Positions 1 to 9,064 are shown, counted from the stretch's first letter. The stretch is 64,000 nt of DNA from Methanobacteriota archaeon (GCA_002708695.1 PAOZ01000019.1:3065-67064); one strand, 5' to 3'. Program-made: numbers and translations. Notes: a model not told the origin generated them from the sequence alone.

Positions 1-1
1 C

Positions 2-454
2 AAATTTGGTATGGCAAAGAGAAGTAGACTAGGAACAGCTAATCGAATTCCTGACCTTGACCGAGATGGAAATGAGCGTTTAGACGATGAGGGCAAAATC
101 AAGATGATGACAGACGGTTATCGCTCAACTAAACCTGGTGCAAAGGGTGTTCGAACCATGAAACTCGATGAAGAGTTTGACGACGAACTGATTAGTGTTC
201 GCCGTATTCCAGATTTAGACGATAATTTGTTTGTATTGACAAAGAAGGGCATGATGATTCGTCTTTCAGTAAATCAAACGAAAGAAACTAGTGGTAAATC
301 CACAAGAGGAACGCGAATTATGGAGTTAAGATCTAAAGATAAAAAGTCATTTAATGATGAAATTATCTTTACAGCAAGATTGCCTGCATCACTAATTGAT
401 AACCAAGATGATGATTTTGAAGAGCAAACGCCCACATCTGGGGAAGAAGAATGA
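2..454 (+). CDS. gyrA: DNA gyrase subunit A, C-terminal end (5' partial, continues upstream of window)
   Basis: Open frame from position 2 with no stop. Repeated GyrA C-terminal-domain beta-pinwheel blade motifs (GAKGVRTMKL..., SGKSTRGTRIMEL...). Acidic tail DDDFEEQTPTSGEEE typical of GyrA C-termini. Confidence 0.55.
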   Translation, partial: KFGMAKRSRLGTANRIPDLDRDGNERLDDEGKIKMMTDGYRSTKPGAKGVRTMKLDEEFDDELISVRRIPDLDDNLFVLTKKGMMIRLSVNQTKETSGKSTRGTRIMELRSKDKKSFNDEIIFTARLPASLIDNQDDDFEEQTPTSGEEE

Positions 455-495
455 ACCGCTTCGCTTAAGCCAGCCTGATGGGTCGTATGGGTACT

Positions 496-582
496 GCGGC
501 AGTCGCATAGCCTGGCCATTGCGCTGGATTGCTAATCCAGTGGTGTCTCACCGCGAGGGTTCAAATCCCTCCTGTCGCGCCA
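496..582 (+). tRNA. tRNA-Ser(GCT), 87 nt, encoded CCA
   Basis: Acceptor stem GCGGCAG/CTGTCGC with one G-U pair, discriminator G, CCA at 580-582. Anticodon stem CTGGA/TCCAG with loop TTGCTAA gives anticodon GCT. 14-nt variable arm with GGTG/CACC stem, typical of class II Ser tRNA. T-arm GAGGG-TTCAAAT-CCCTC. Confidence 0.8.
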
Positions 583-3500
583 TTAATCGAAGAAATCGTC
601 TAAATCATCGCCTTGACCATCAGAGGAACGATCCCCTACTTTCTCAAGTAAGAACTTCAAACGCCGTCGGATTTTTCGATTTCGATTTATTACCATTGGA
701 ACAGCAATAAGATTGATTGCAATAATGACAATAGCAACTAAAGAAGACGTTTGGAAATTCTGATCAGAGATGTCTTCAAGGAAACTATTCATCCAATCGT
801 TCTCATGATTTCGTTCAGGAGTAACTACATCGGGAATCAAATGAGGATTAGTTTCCCAAAACTGATCAGTAATCAATATTGATGCAGTGTTATCATTACG
901 AACTATAAAATCAGAATTACCGACTGAATCTTCAGGAATTAAGATGTAATAATATGTCTGCCCGATAGAAAGGCCGTCTTCTCCTGATGCCTGAACTTCG
1001 GTATACGATTCAGAAGTCAATGGCTCCCCCCATAATCCAGTCAAAATAGGTTCAATAAATTGAACTGATTGGGGTAAATTCTGTGTACGATACAAGGACC
1101 AAGTAACATTTTCTTCGTCAGGCAATCCATCACCGTCTTCATCAGGAATCTCGGGATAAATCCAAGTTACAGTGACAGAATGGGAATCTTTCTCATTTCC
1201 TGGAGATATATCATAATCATAAGAAAGAGTTACTCGAACATCTTGCATCTCATAATCAGGCGGATGAGCATCGCCACACTGAAGATCAGGATTGCCTACA
1301 TCTTTGAATCCTGTAACATTACCATGAGTATAATCAACAAGTCCTTGATGGTCAATAGCTGCAAGGATGTAACTTGCACAAATCCCCTCTTCTAGAGGAA
1401 CTGGATCTTTCCATTCAGTTTGATTTCCAGGTAAATCAACTACAAAGTTCTGTGTAACAGTTGATTCAAAATCATCGAGATTTTCGTACGGCCATCTAAA
1501 TGGGAACTCGGCCCTCTTGTAAACTCTCCATCCTCCAAAATAAGGGTCATCAATTGGCCCTTCAGAATCCCACATTAGAGTTAATTCTCCTCCTGCAGAT
1601 TTCTCTGTTCGTAGATTTAATGGAGTGACATTTACAGGAGCCATGTCTCCAACCAACATAATTGAACCACTAGATACGTCATTAAGACGAAGATGGAACG
1701 AATTATTAGACTCAAAGGCTTCAAACAAATCGTCTGAATCTAGAGGAGCCAAAACACCATTTGAACCATTGATAACATGCATTGCAACTACAGATGCAGG
1801 ACTAACACTGCTAGGAATTAGTTGACTAATATTGCCCCAAAAATCAATGTAATCAACATTCAAATCTTCGCCCGCAGTTGGATACAATCTAAAATCAAAT
1901 GAACGCAAAGGTGTCTTTCCGATGTTTACAGCTTGAGCATGTACTACTGTTTCGGGAAATGAAACATCAAGAACTTCGAATTCCATCTGTTCTACGGAAA
2001 CTGCCTCTCCAGAGGTAACTATAGGCATCTCTTGGAATTGGATTCTATTCAATACCTTGACGTACCTAGAAGATACTTCATCAAAGTCAGTTGGACTCAT
2101 CAAACTATGGCGAACGTGAAGAGTAATCTGATGATAACCCATTGGAAGAGTTGTACTAATCACTCTTCCATATCCTATTGTTTCAATGTAATCGATTTTC
2201 CAAGTATAATTCACAGGCAATGGAGAATCAGGTGCAAGGCCTGCTACAAACATGATTGATTCCCCAGTCTCAAATGTTGCATCGTCTAATGGAGGTACTG
2301 CAACATAAGCTCCTGTTGATGTTTGATTAATTACAATCTGAGTTTCGAAATAGTTGTTCGCAGGATCAAGATCAATTGATCCAGTCGAAGAAGTGGTAGT
2401 GGCATTTACTACAAATAAACCCAAATGATTCAAGGGGAAAATACAGGACACTAATTCCCCAGGATCAATTGTTTTAGTACATGAATCAGGATATCCTTCT
2501 ACCAAAGAATAGCCACTAGAAATATTGAATAATTCGATATTTAATGTAGTATTCCAAGGCATTTCTCCATCATTTCGAAGTTGAACTTGAAGGGCATCTT
2601 CGCCATAAGGGAATTTAACATAATTCTCAAAACCGATAGGAACCACTACTTCATCGCCCCTAGCAGGAGATATTCCTACTACTACAATATCTACATCATC
2701 GCTGACTTCAACTCTTACAGTTTCACCAATATTATTCCACGGATTAGGGTCTTCTGACGATTGCACATAGAATTCAACGTCATAAATCCCCTCGGAAGGG
2801 AATTGGAGATCAGGAGGAGACAGTACAAGAGAAGTCGAAGAACCAGAGACTGAAACTACAGAAGAAGATTCTGAAATTAGAAGGTGTGGAAGAACTAATT
2901 CAGCGCGAACACAGTGGAGGCCCTCTTCCATCCCAACAAAATCCATTTGGATTGAGACATCACTACCGTTAGATTTCCAATCATAAGAACCAGAATGGGA
3001 CTGATTTACTATTGATCCTGAGACAATAGACCACCTCAAAGAATAAGTTTCTTCATTTGATAGAGAAGTTGCATTGAATGTAGCATTAATTACATCATTT
3101 AGGGCATATGCCTCAACAAGAAGATATGGAGGAACCGTATCTGCTGGGGGAACAGGATTTTCAAAAAAACCAGCACCTACATACATACAGAATTGAGAAC
3201 TACCCATTGGAACATCCACTTGGTTCATCGACCAACCAACTGTAACTTCATCTTCTGCTGGCCAACCTATCGTGGTAACGGATACCGAAGTAGGGTAGTC
3301 TATACCAGGATTGAGGACATTGTTGGGGTCTAAATCATTTGAATTATAGATAATATCTTGAAAGAATTCATCCATATAGAATTTAACTGCTAAGCGGTCA
3401 TCAACAGGACGAATATCTTCTGATGAAAATCTAAACACAACTGTATAGGTCTGATTGGTGTATTCTATAGCATAAAAAGCATCAACAAAGGAAATTGTTG

Positions 3501-3855
3501 CTATTTCTTGAGGATCTAATGTTGGCACGGTAGTTTGACGTGAAAACAAAACGGATGGGCATGTAGCTGTAGATACATGGTCGCCTAAACAGATTTCAGC
3601 AACGATTGTGCGCCCTCCAATTGGAGTACTTGCATTACTTTGCACCTTTACTTCTAAGAAAATTGGGTCCCAAACACTGTAATGTGCTTCACTAATAGGG
3701 TCAATTACATCTGTAATCATGAAATCCTGAATGTTCCTTGAACTAGTTGCCTCAGTAGCAGGCAATAGTGGTAATGAAGACATCAAAAATAAGGCCAAAA
3801 CAAGGGGTACAGAGCGAATTATTCTAGAAGATGAACCAGCCGCTGGTCCCGCCAT
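583..3855 (-). CDS. large secreted surface protein (1090 aa). Sec-type signal peptide, very many N-X-S/T sequons, C-terminal TM anchor with basic/acidic cytoplasmic tail. Putative surface glycoprotein/adhesin.
   Basis: N-terminus MAGPAAGSSSRIIRSVPLVLALFLMSSLPLLPATEA is signal-peptide-like. C-terminus LVAIVIIAINLIAVPMVI followed by NRNRKIRRRLK...DDLDDFFD. Dozens of NxS/T motifs. Stop codon abuts the tRNA-Ser 3' end. Confidence 0.6.
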   Translation of the reverse strand: MAGPAAGSSSRIIRSVPLVLALFLMSSLPLLPATEATSSRNIQDFMITDVIDPISEAHYSVWDPIFLEVKVQSNASTPIGGRTIVAEICLGDHVSTATCPSVLFSRQTTVPTLDPQEIATISFVDAFYAIEYTNQTYTVVFRFSSEDIRPVDDRLAVKFYMDEFFQDIIYNSNDLDPNNVLNPGIDYPTSVSVTTIGWPAEDEVTVGWSMNQVDVPMGSSQFCMYVGAGFFENPVPPADTVPPYLLVEAYALNDVINATFNATSLSNEETYSLRWSIVSGSIVNQSHSGSYDWKSNGSDVSIQMDFVGMEEGLHCVRAELVLPHLLISESSSVVSVSGSSTSLVLSPPDLQFPSEGIYDVEFYVQSSEDPNPWNNIGETVRVEVSDDVDIVVVGISPARGDEVVVPIGFENYVKFPYGEDALQVQLRNDGEMPWNTTLNIELFNISSGYSLVEGYPDSCTKTIDPGELVSCIFPLNHLGLFVVNATTTSSTGSIDLDPANNYFETQIVINQTSTGAYVAVPPLDDATFETGESIMFVAGLAPDSPLPVNYTWKIDYIETIGYGRVISTTLPMGYHQITLHVRHSLMSPTDFDEVSSRYVKVLNRIQFQEMPIVTSGEAVSVEQMEFEVLDVSFPETVVHAQAVNIGKTPLRSFDFRLYPTAGEDLNVDYIDFWGNISQLIPSSVSPASVVAMHVINGSNGVLAPLDSDDLFEAFESNNSFHLRLNDVSSGSIMLVGDMAPVNVTPLNLRTEKSAGGELTLMWDSEGPIDDPYFGGWRVYKRAEFPFRWPYENLDDFESTVTQNFVVDLPGNQTEWKDPVPLEEGICASYILAAIDHQGLVDYTHGNVTGFKDVGNPDLQCGDAHPPDYEMQDVRVTLSYDYDISPGNEKDSHSVTVTWIYPEIPDEDGDGLPDEENVTWSLYRTQNLPQSVQFIEPILTGLWGEPLTSESYTEVQASGEDGLSIGQTYYYILIPEDSVGNSDFIVRNDNTASILITDQFWETNPHLIPDVVTPERNHENDWMNSFLEDISDQNFQTSSLVAIVIIAINLIAVPMVINRNRKIRRRLKFLLEKVGDRSSDGQGDDLDDFFD

Positions 3856-3991
3856 GAGTATGTTTAGCCGCTCGTGTGGTAAATAATCAACGCCCTAATA
3901 CTACCTCGAGTATACCCAAATCGACTTTCAATGTCATCTTCCAGTACCTATGTGAGCAAGGGTTCATGTCCTCCCCAAAGAATCGGATTTC

Positions 3992-5029
3992 ATGCGGAGA
4001 GACTTTCAGTCAGATGAGGGGGGCCTCACCGCAGTGATTGAATTCCTTTCAGCATTCGTTCTTTTCCTAGTTATTGTCTCTGCTTTCCTCAGTCTTAGCC
4101 GTCTTAGTTTAGGTCCAAATGACCCTATGATAGATCGTTTAGATGAACACGCATCCGACGGTATAATGCGATTAACTTCAAGCCAAGGCTGGATGACACC
4201 ATATATTGATGAAAAAAGAGATGAAAATAATGGCACAGAAAATTGGCACTACGCAAATGCTAGCCAATTATTACATTCTGATGTCTTACCTGGAATAGGA
4301 AATTCAAATGGACAATTAGACCCAGAACGAATTTCTGCATTAAGTAATATTACAGAAGAACAACTGAAAAATGGTTTGGGTTTCCCGAATTTTGCTTCAA
4401 TAAACTTGTCAATAACTATACTTAACAGTCCGAATTTAGAACGTAATGGAATGACTTTATTTCTAGATGGAACTCCTCGAAAAGCAGCACAAAATTCTGC
4501 AGCAGCATTTCGCATCTTACCCATGGGGAATGAAACAATAGAAGTCAAATTAGAAGTTCATGATGCTGGGATGGTACCGGCCACAATGAAAATTACTGAA
4601 TTTGTCCCGAATCCAGAGATTGGAAAACCGGAATGGGTAGAGATACAAAACGACGGCGGGTTCGCTGTAGATTTGAACGGGTGGGGGATTTCCCGAAATG
4701 GTTTCCTTACCTTAGTTGGACAAGAAGCATTGAGAGGAGGAGGAATATTGATCTTATCTGGAGACATTGAAGAAATGGATACAGGAAACGCTAGCGTGGG
4801 CATTGATCTCGGACACACTGGAGTACTGGGAAGAGGAATGATGGACGGGCTGCACAATAATGCAGACAATCTCAAATTAACATACAATGAACCGGGTTTT
4901 TCTTTCACTCAAGAAGTAAATGTTGTCTCGTATGATTCTGATTGGGGGTTCCAAACAGGGTATAGTGCAAAATTGGATGAAAACGGATCTTGGCAAGTTT
5001 CTCAAATTACTACACCTGGCAACGTCTAA
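3992..5029 (+). CDS. pilin-like protein with class III (prepilin-type) signal peptide and C-terminal lamin-tail domain (LTD)
   Basis: N-terminus MRRDFQSDEGG|LTAVIEFLSAFVLFLVIV has basic n-region, Gly at -1 and E at +6, as in Flp/type IV prepilins. C-terminal segment EFVPNPEIGKPEWVEIQNDGGFAVDLNGWGIS matches the LTD consensus (EV..NP.....EWIEL.N.G...VDLSGW.L). Confidence 0.55.
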   Translation: MRRDFQSDEGGLTAVIEFLSAFVLFLVIVSAFLSLSRLSLGPNDPMIDRLDEHASDGIMRLTSSQGWMTPYIDEKRDENNGTENWHYANASQLLHSDVLPGIGNSNGQLDPERISALSNITEEQLKNGLGFPNFASINLSITILNSPNLERNGMTLFLDGTPRKAAQNSAAAFRILPMGNETIEVKLEVHDAGMVPATMKITEFVPNPEIGKPEWVEIQNDGGFAVDLNGWGISRNGFLTLVGQEALRGGGILILSGDIEEMDTGNASVGIDLGHTGVLGRGMMDGLHNNADNLKLTYNEPGFSFTQEVNVVSYDSDWGFQTGYSAKLDENGSWQVSQITTPGNV

Positions 5030-5066
5030 CCAACTTCTTGGCGTGGACTTATGAACAGAGTGTTGT

Positions 5067-5843
5067 GTGTTCGGTCCGGTCGCCATGCTGGGCAACGCAT
5101 CATATGAGCGTGATAGGTGCGTAACAGGTATACGGGGCCTCGATGAAATCCTGAGAGGAGGGATTCCTTACGGGTCCGCTACTCTTGTCGCCGGAACATG
5201 TGGTTCTGGAAAGACTACTTTGGGAATGGAGTTTCTAATGAATGGCGCACTTGCAGGAGAAGCGTGTGCTCATTTCTCAGCTACTGAGCCTTCAGTAAAA
5301 TTGCTTGAAAATATTAGACAATACAGTTTCTTCGATATGACTACCGTAGATCGAGGATTGATCAATGTGTTTGATATGGATGTTCTTTTCTCTTGGTTGG
5401 GTTTAGATAAAAGTACATTCAATCTAGATGATATTGATGCAATGGTCAAAGCGATTACCGATATTGTAAACACTATTGGAGTCACTAGACTTGTTATCGA
5501 TTCGGTAACTTCTCTTTGTTACAAAGTCCCAAATGAGCAACTTATCAGAGATTTTCTTTTCAAGTTAGGTAAATCACTCTCTACTTTAGGTTGCACTACA
5601 CTATTGATTGCTGAAATTACATCCGTAGGAGGTAGTTCCCACCGTTCAGCATTTGGTGTTGAAGAAGCAATTGCAGATGGAATCATTGTACTTGGAGACG
5701 TTGAACGAATGGGTCATCTTCTAAGATACTTACAAGTTGTCAAGATGCGTGGTACAGACCATAGTAGAGCAAAATATGCCTTGGAACTAACTCGAAGTGG
5801 AGTGATGCTAACTCCAATGCTAAAGTGGGGTGTTAGTCAATGA
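5067..5843 (+). CDS. KaiC/RecA-superfamily ATPase, single domain, intact Walker A (FlaH/ArlH-like or KaiC-like)
   Basis: GIRGLDEILRGGIPYGSATLVAGTCGSGKTTLGMEFLMNG is KaiC-type P-loop architecture. Walker-B-like TRLVIDSVTSL. GTG start at 5067 or ATG at 5085. Confidence 0.75.
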   Translation: MFGPVAMLGNASYERDRCVTGIRGLDEILRGGIPYGSATLVAGTCGSGKTTLGMEFLMNGALAGEACAHFSATEPSVKLLENIRQYSFFDMTTVDRGLINVFDMDVLFSWLGLDKSTFNLDDIDAMVKAITDIVNTIGVTRLVIDSVTSLCYKVPNEQLIRDFLFKLGKSLSTLGCTTLLIAEITSVGGSSHRSAFGVEEAIADGIIVLGDVERMGHLLRYLQVVKMRGTDHSRAKYALELTRSGVMLTPMLKWGVSQ

Positions 5844-6424
5844 TTGAATTTGATTTAGGAATTGCTGAACAATTAACTCAAGTTACCACCACCTCTAGTG
5901 TCCAAGTTAGAGTTGGAACCAGTAATTCTGATTTGGTAATTGCATCAATTATTCAACCATTAATGCAAAATTTTGGAATGGGAGGTGTATACATAACGGC
6001 CTCTCAAACTGCACCGAACGTTATCGAAATGATGAATACAATTGGAATTGATGTCTCTCCAATTCATTTCATTGATTGCGTTTCTTCTGGCATCCTAGGT
6101 GGAACTCAAAACCCATATCCAAATATTGGCTATATCGATAGCCCAATCATGCTTGAATCAATGATGTTACGTACATTACATCATCTAGAAAACTCTCAAG
6201 TTCAGCAAAACTTTGTCATCTTAGATTCTGTAAATGCACTTTCAATATATAATGAACAAAGAATTTTAGCAGAATATCTCCATACATTCATCAACACTTG
6301 CAAAAATAGACAAGTTCTCAGTCTAATTGTTAACGTTCCTGATCAAACACCAGCAGGAGTTCTTTCCAATCTTGACTTGTATTGTAGTGATCTCATTGAT
6401 AGAGGACAAGTAGTTATTTCTTGA
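5840..6424 (+). CDS. KaiC/RecA-like domain protein lacking a P-loop (pseudo-ATPase)
   Basis: ATGA overlap with the upstream gene (translational coupling). Retains Walker-B-like FVILDSVNAL and the KaiC-like C-terminal layout, but has no GxxxxGK[ST]. Confidence 0.5.
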   Translation: MIEFDLGIAEQLTQVTTTSSVQVRVGTSNSDLVIASIIQPLMQNFGMGGVYITASQTAPNVIEMMNTIGIDVSPIHFIDCVSSGILGGTQNPYPNIGYIDSPIMLESMMLRTLHHLENSQVQQNFVILDSVNALSIYNEQRILAEYLHTFINTCKNRQVLSLIVNVPDQTPAGVLSNLDLYCSDLIDRGQVVIS

Positions 6425-6433
6425 GGGATTTGA

Positions 6434-7249
6434 ATGACAATAAATTTTGATTCCGAAGATGAAGACTTCTATGGAGAAATGGGGTCAATCGGTTCAGTTA
6501 AATTCGATAGAATCCTTACAGGGACCCCACATAATACGGGAAGCATCCCAAGGGGCTTTACCCTTCTAGGATACGGAAATACTGGCGCTGGAATTGATTT
6601 GTTCGCAAAACAGTTCGTTTCAGTTGCTGAAGACCCAGAAAATACAATTTTGATTTCAACATCAGAAACAACATCAGAAATCCTATCGGTTTACAAAAAA
6701 TATGACTGGCCCACCGAGATACGTGTTCGAACTATGGGCGAGGAATACAATAAAGAAGTCCTAACTAGAGAACTTGAAGCTTCAAGATACAGAATCGAAG
6801 GATTTACTCTTAGCGACATACAAAAGTTGGCTCAAACACGTTTCGTTGATCAACAATCTCACGATTTTCTAACTGATTTAACAACTCAAGTCACATCTCT
6901 AGGACCTTACTTCCGAGCAGCCATAGATAGTTTGGATTTCTTTTACAGTAGATTTGATCCTGGAAGAGTCACATCTATGCTAAGAATTATGCAAGCACAT
7001 GCTCAAAGAAATAGAGGTCTTCTACTATTAACAGTAAGTGGTGATGCGGTAGAGAAGAGTACCGAACGTGAATCAATGGCAATTTGCGACATGGTAATGG
7101 AATTTGAAGTAGGGATGAGAGGTTCAGATTTCGATACTAGAATGGTAATTCGAAGATTTAGAAACCATCCAGAGAATCTAGCATTTATCACATTCAGAGT
7201 CACACCCGAAGAAGCCATAACTCCAGAGACGGTCGAAAGAGTAGCATAA
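6434..7249 (+). CDS. KaiC/RecA-like domain protein with degenerate P-loop (GYGNTGAGID, no Lys)
   Basis: GSIPRGFTLLGYGNTGAGIDLFAKQFVSVAE parallels the KaiC GGxPxGsxxLxxGxxGxGKT segment with Lys lost. GAGGG SD-like motif 6 nt upstream of the ATG. Confidence 0.5.
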   Translation: MTINFDSEDEDFYGEMGSIGSVKFDRILTGTPHNTGSIPRGFTLLGYGNTGAGIDLFAKQFVSVAEDPENTILISTSETTSEILSVYKKYDWPTEIRVRTMGEEYNKEVLTRELEASRYRIEGFTLSDIQKLAQTRFVDQQSHDFLTDLTTQVTSLGPYFRAAIDSLDFFYSRFDPGRVTSMLRIMQAHAQRNRGLLLLTVSGDAVEKSTERESMAICDMVMEFEVGMRGSDFDTRMVIRRFRNHPENLAFITFRVTPEEAITPETVERVA

Positions 7250-7280
7250 GTCGCCCAACCTTCAAGATAGTCAACCTCTA

Positions 7281-7784
7281 GTGCGTACCATGAAGGCCCC
7301 GAAGGAGTCTCAAGATGCAGTGAGCCCAGTTATTGCTACTGTTCTTCTTTTGGCAATTACCGTTCTTCTAACAAGTGGTATCTACATCATGGTTCAAGAT
7401 GCAGTTCAAGCCCCCGATAAAGGGACACCATATGGACAATTAACATCTCAATCCTTGGATAATGGATTCCAAGTAGTAAGAGTCTCTGATTTATCCAATG
7501 AATTGATGATAAATACAATCAAATTCCAAATTATATCCAATAATGGCACTATTATCGAAGGTCTAGCAAATGATGCATCCGTATACGGTGCTATCGGTTC
7601 AGATATTACCTTTCAAGACAGAGATGCTGGACTTACCCTAAATCGAGGCGACTATTTCATTATCAACGCAACAGCCATTGGTTCAGATGAAGGTGATTGG
7701 ACATTCAGATTAATCTTCATGGGAACCGGAACGCGAGGAACTGCGGATCTTGGCCAAGTAATTCTTCCAGCGATTAATCAATAA
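7281..7784 (+). CDS. archaeal type IV pilin (class III signal peptide, Pilin_N-type N-terminus)
   Basis: M(R)TMKAPKESQDA|VSPVIATVLLLAITVLLTSGIYIMV. The VSPVIATVLL(L/V)AITV segment is the hallmark archaeal pilin/archaellin N-terminal motif. Small Gly/Thr/Asn-rich mature domain. GTG at 7281 or ATG at 7290. Confidence 0.7.
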   Translation: MRTMKAPKESQDAVSPVIATVLLLAITVLLTSGIYIMVQDAVQAPDKGTPYGQLTSQSLDNGFQVVRVSDLSNELMINTIKFQIISNNGTIIEGLANDASVYGAIGSDITFQDRDAGLTLNRGDYFIINATAIGSDEGDWTFRLIFMGTGTRGTADLGQVILPAINQ

Positions 7785-7822
7785 TCGAGAAGAATCAAAC
7801 ATCAAAGCCATCAGTCAACAAT

Positions 7823-9064
7823 ATGGTCGAAGAGAGATTGGCAGGTCCTATCCAGACAATTCACCCCTCCAATTTCGAAGGAGTAAACTGGTTTTTATCG
7901 CCTTCAAAGTCACATATGATACGATGGTTAGTATTAGCATCCATGTCCAAAGATAAGACTAGGATATCTTTTGATGGGAAACCCGGAGAAGATATCCATT
8001 CTATGGCTAACTGTTTAGAAAAAATGGGAATCGTCATTAAAAGAGAAAAAGAATTCTGGGAAATTCAAGGGAATGGCCCACATGGATTTTCAATACCAAA
8101 TGAAGTTCTTGACTGTAGAAATTCAGGGACGACAATGAGATTTCTGATTCCACAATTAGCATGTTTCTCCTCTTCAGCAGTCATAGACGGAGATTGGACA
8201 TTAAGGAACAGACACCTAGAGTCATCTACCAATTCAATCGAACAATTGGGGGCTAAGATTGAATCTTCAGAAGATAATCTTGGTGCACCCTATACAATAG
8301 TTGGACCATTAAATTCGGGAATCGTAAAGTTAGATACAAGTAAATCTAGTCAATCACTTTCTGCACTTGTGTTACTTGGTCCTAGAATGTCTGGACCAAT
8401 AAAAATAGAAACTATTGGGAGAAGTGTATCGAATCGACATGCACAGTTAACTTTTGAAATCGCACAAAAAACCGGTTCGAAAACAATTTGGAACGGAGAA
8501 AGGGAGATTATAATTCAACCTTGGATTCCAATATGTCCAAAGAATGTTAAAATTCCATCAGACCTGAGCCTTGCTGCATTTGGAATTGTCGCCGCCACGG
8601 CCCATAATACCGATTTAACAATACTAAATCCACCTAATCCAGAAGATGGAATTGGGGCCGAGATTATTTTCGACATTATGGAGAAAAAACCGAAAGAACC
8701 AATGGAATTAGATTTACTAAATTGTAATGATTTGCTCCCTGCTTTATCTGCTTTCTTAGCTTTAGGACCAGGGGGAAGAATTCGGAATGCTTCACATGCC
8801 AGATTCAAGGAGTCTAATCGAATTTCAAAAACAATAGAAATGCTTTCTCATTTTGGACTTGTAGTAGAACAATGTGAAGATGGCATTCAAACTGAAGGTG
8901 GCCAAACCCCAAAAAAGCCCGAAAATGTCATCGACGTATACGGAGATCATAGGTTATTCATGACTGCAGCATGTATTGCGAGTAAAACAGGTGGAAAAAT
9001 TACTGATAAAGGAGTATGGAATATTACTGACCCATTATTTGCAGAACAAATTGGTTTCAATTAA
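7823..9064 (+). CDS. aroA: 3-phosphoshikimate 1-carboxyvinyltransferase (EPSP synthase)
   Basis: PSKSHMIRWLVLA near the N-terminus and NSGTTMRFLIP mid-protein are AroA-type signatures. Length 413 aa. Confidence 0.7.
   Translation: MVEERLAGPIQTIHPSNFEGVNWFLSPSKSHMIRWLVLASMSKDKTRISFDGKPGEDIHSMANCLEKMGIVIKREKEFWEIQGNGPHGFSIPNEVLDCRNSGTTMRFLIPQLACFSSSAVIDGDWTLRNRHLESSTNSIEQLGAKIESSEDNLGAPYTIVGPLNSGIVKLDTSKSSQSLSALVLLGPRMSGPIKIETIGRSVSNRHAQLTFEIAQKTGSKTIWNGEREIIIQPWIPICPKNVKIPSDLSLAAFGIVAATAHNTDLTILNPPNPEDGIGAEIIFDIMEKKPKEPMELDLLNCNDLLPALSAFLALGPGGRIRNASHARFKESNRISKTIEMLSHFGLVVEQCEDGIQTEGGQTPKKPENVIDVYGDHRLFMTAACIASKTGGKITDKGVWNITDPLFAEQIGFN

Noticed and set aside
396-710. 104-aa plus-strand ORF spanning the tRNA-Ser
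   Set aside because: It runs straight through a well-folded tRNA gene and into the antisense of the giant ORF. Artefact of six-frame translation.
1180-2259. Several 60-75-aa plus-strand ORFs inside the 583..3855 gene (1180-1395, 1625-1825, 2032-2259)
   Set aside because: They lie antisense within a long, clearly coding minus-strand gene, with no independent signal.
7785-7822. att-like direct repeat of the tRNA-Ser 3' end at the far side of the pilin block
   Set aside because: Looked for the TTCAAATCCCTCCTGTCGCGCCA tail or fragments of it between the pilin gene and aroA and found none. The island hypothesis is kept only as an inference with no repeat evidence.
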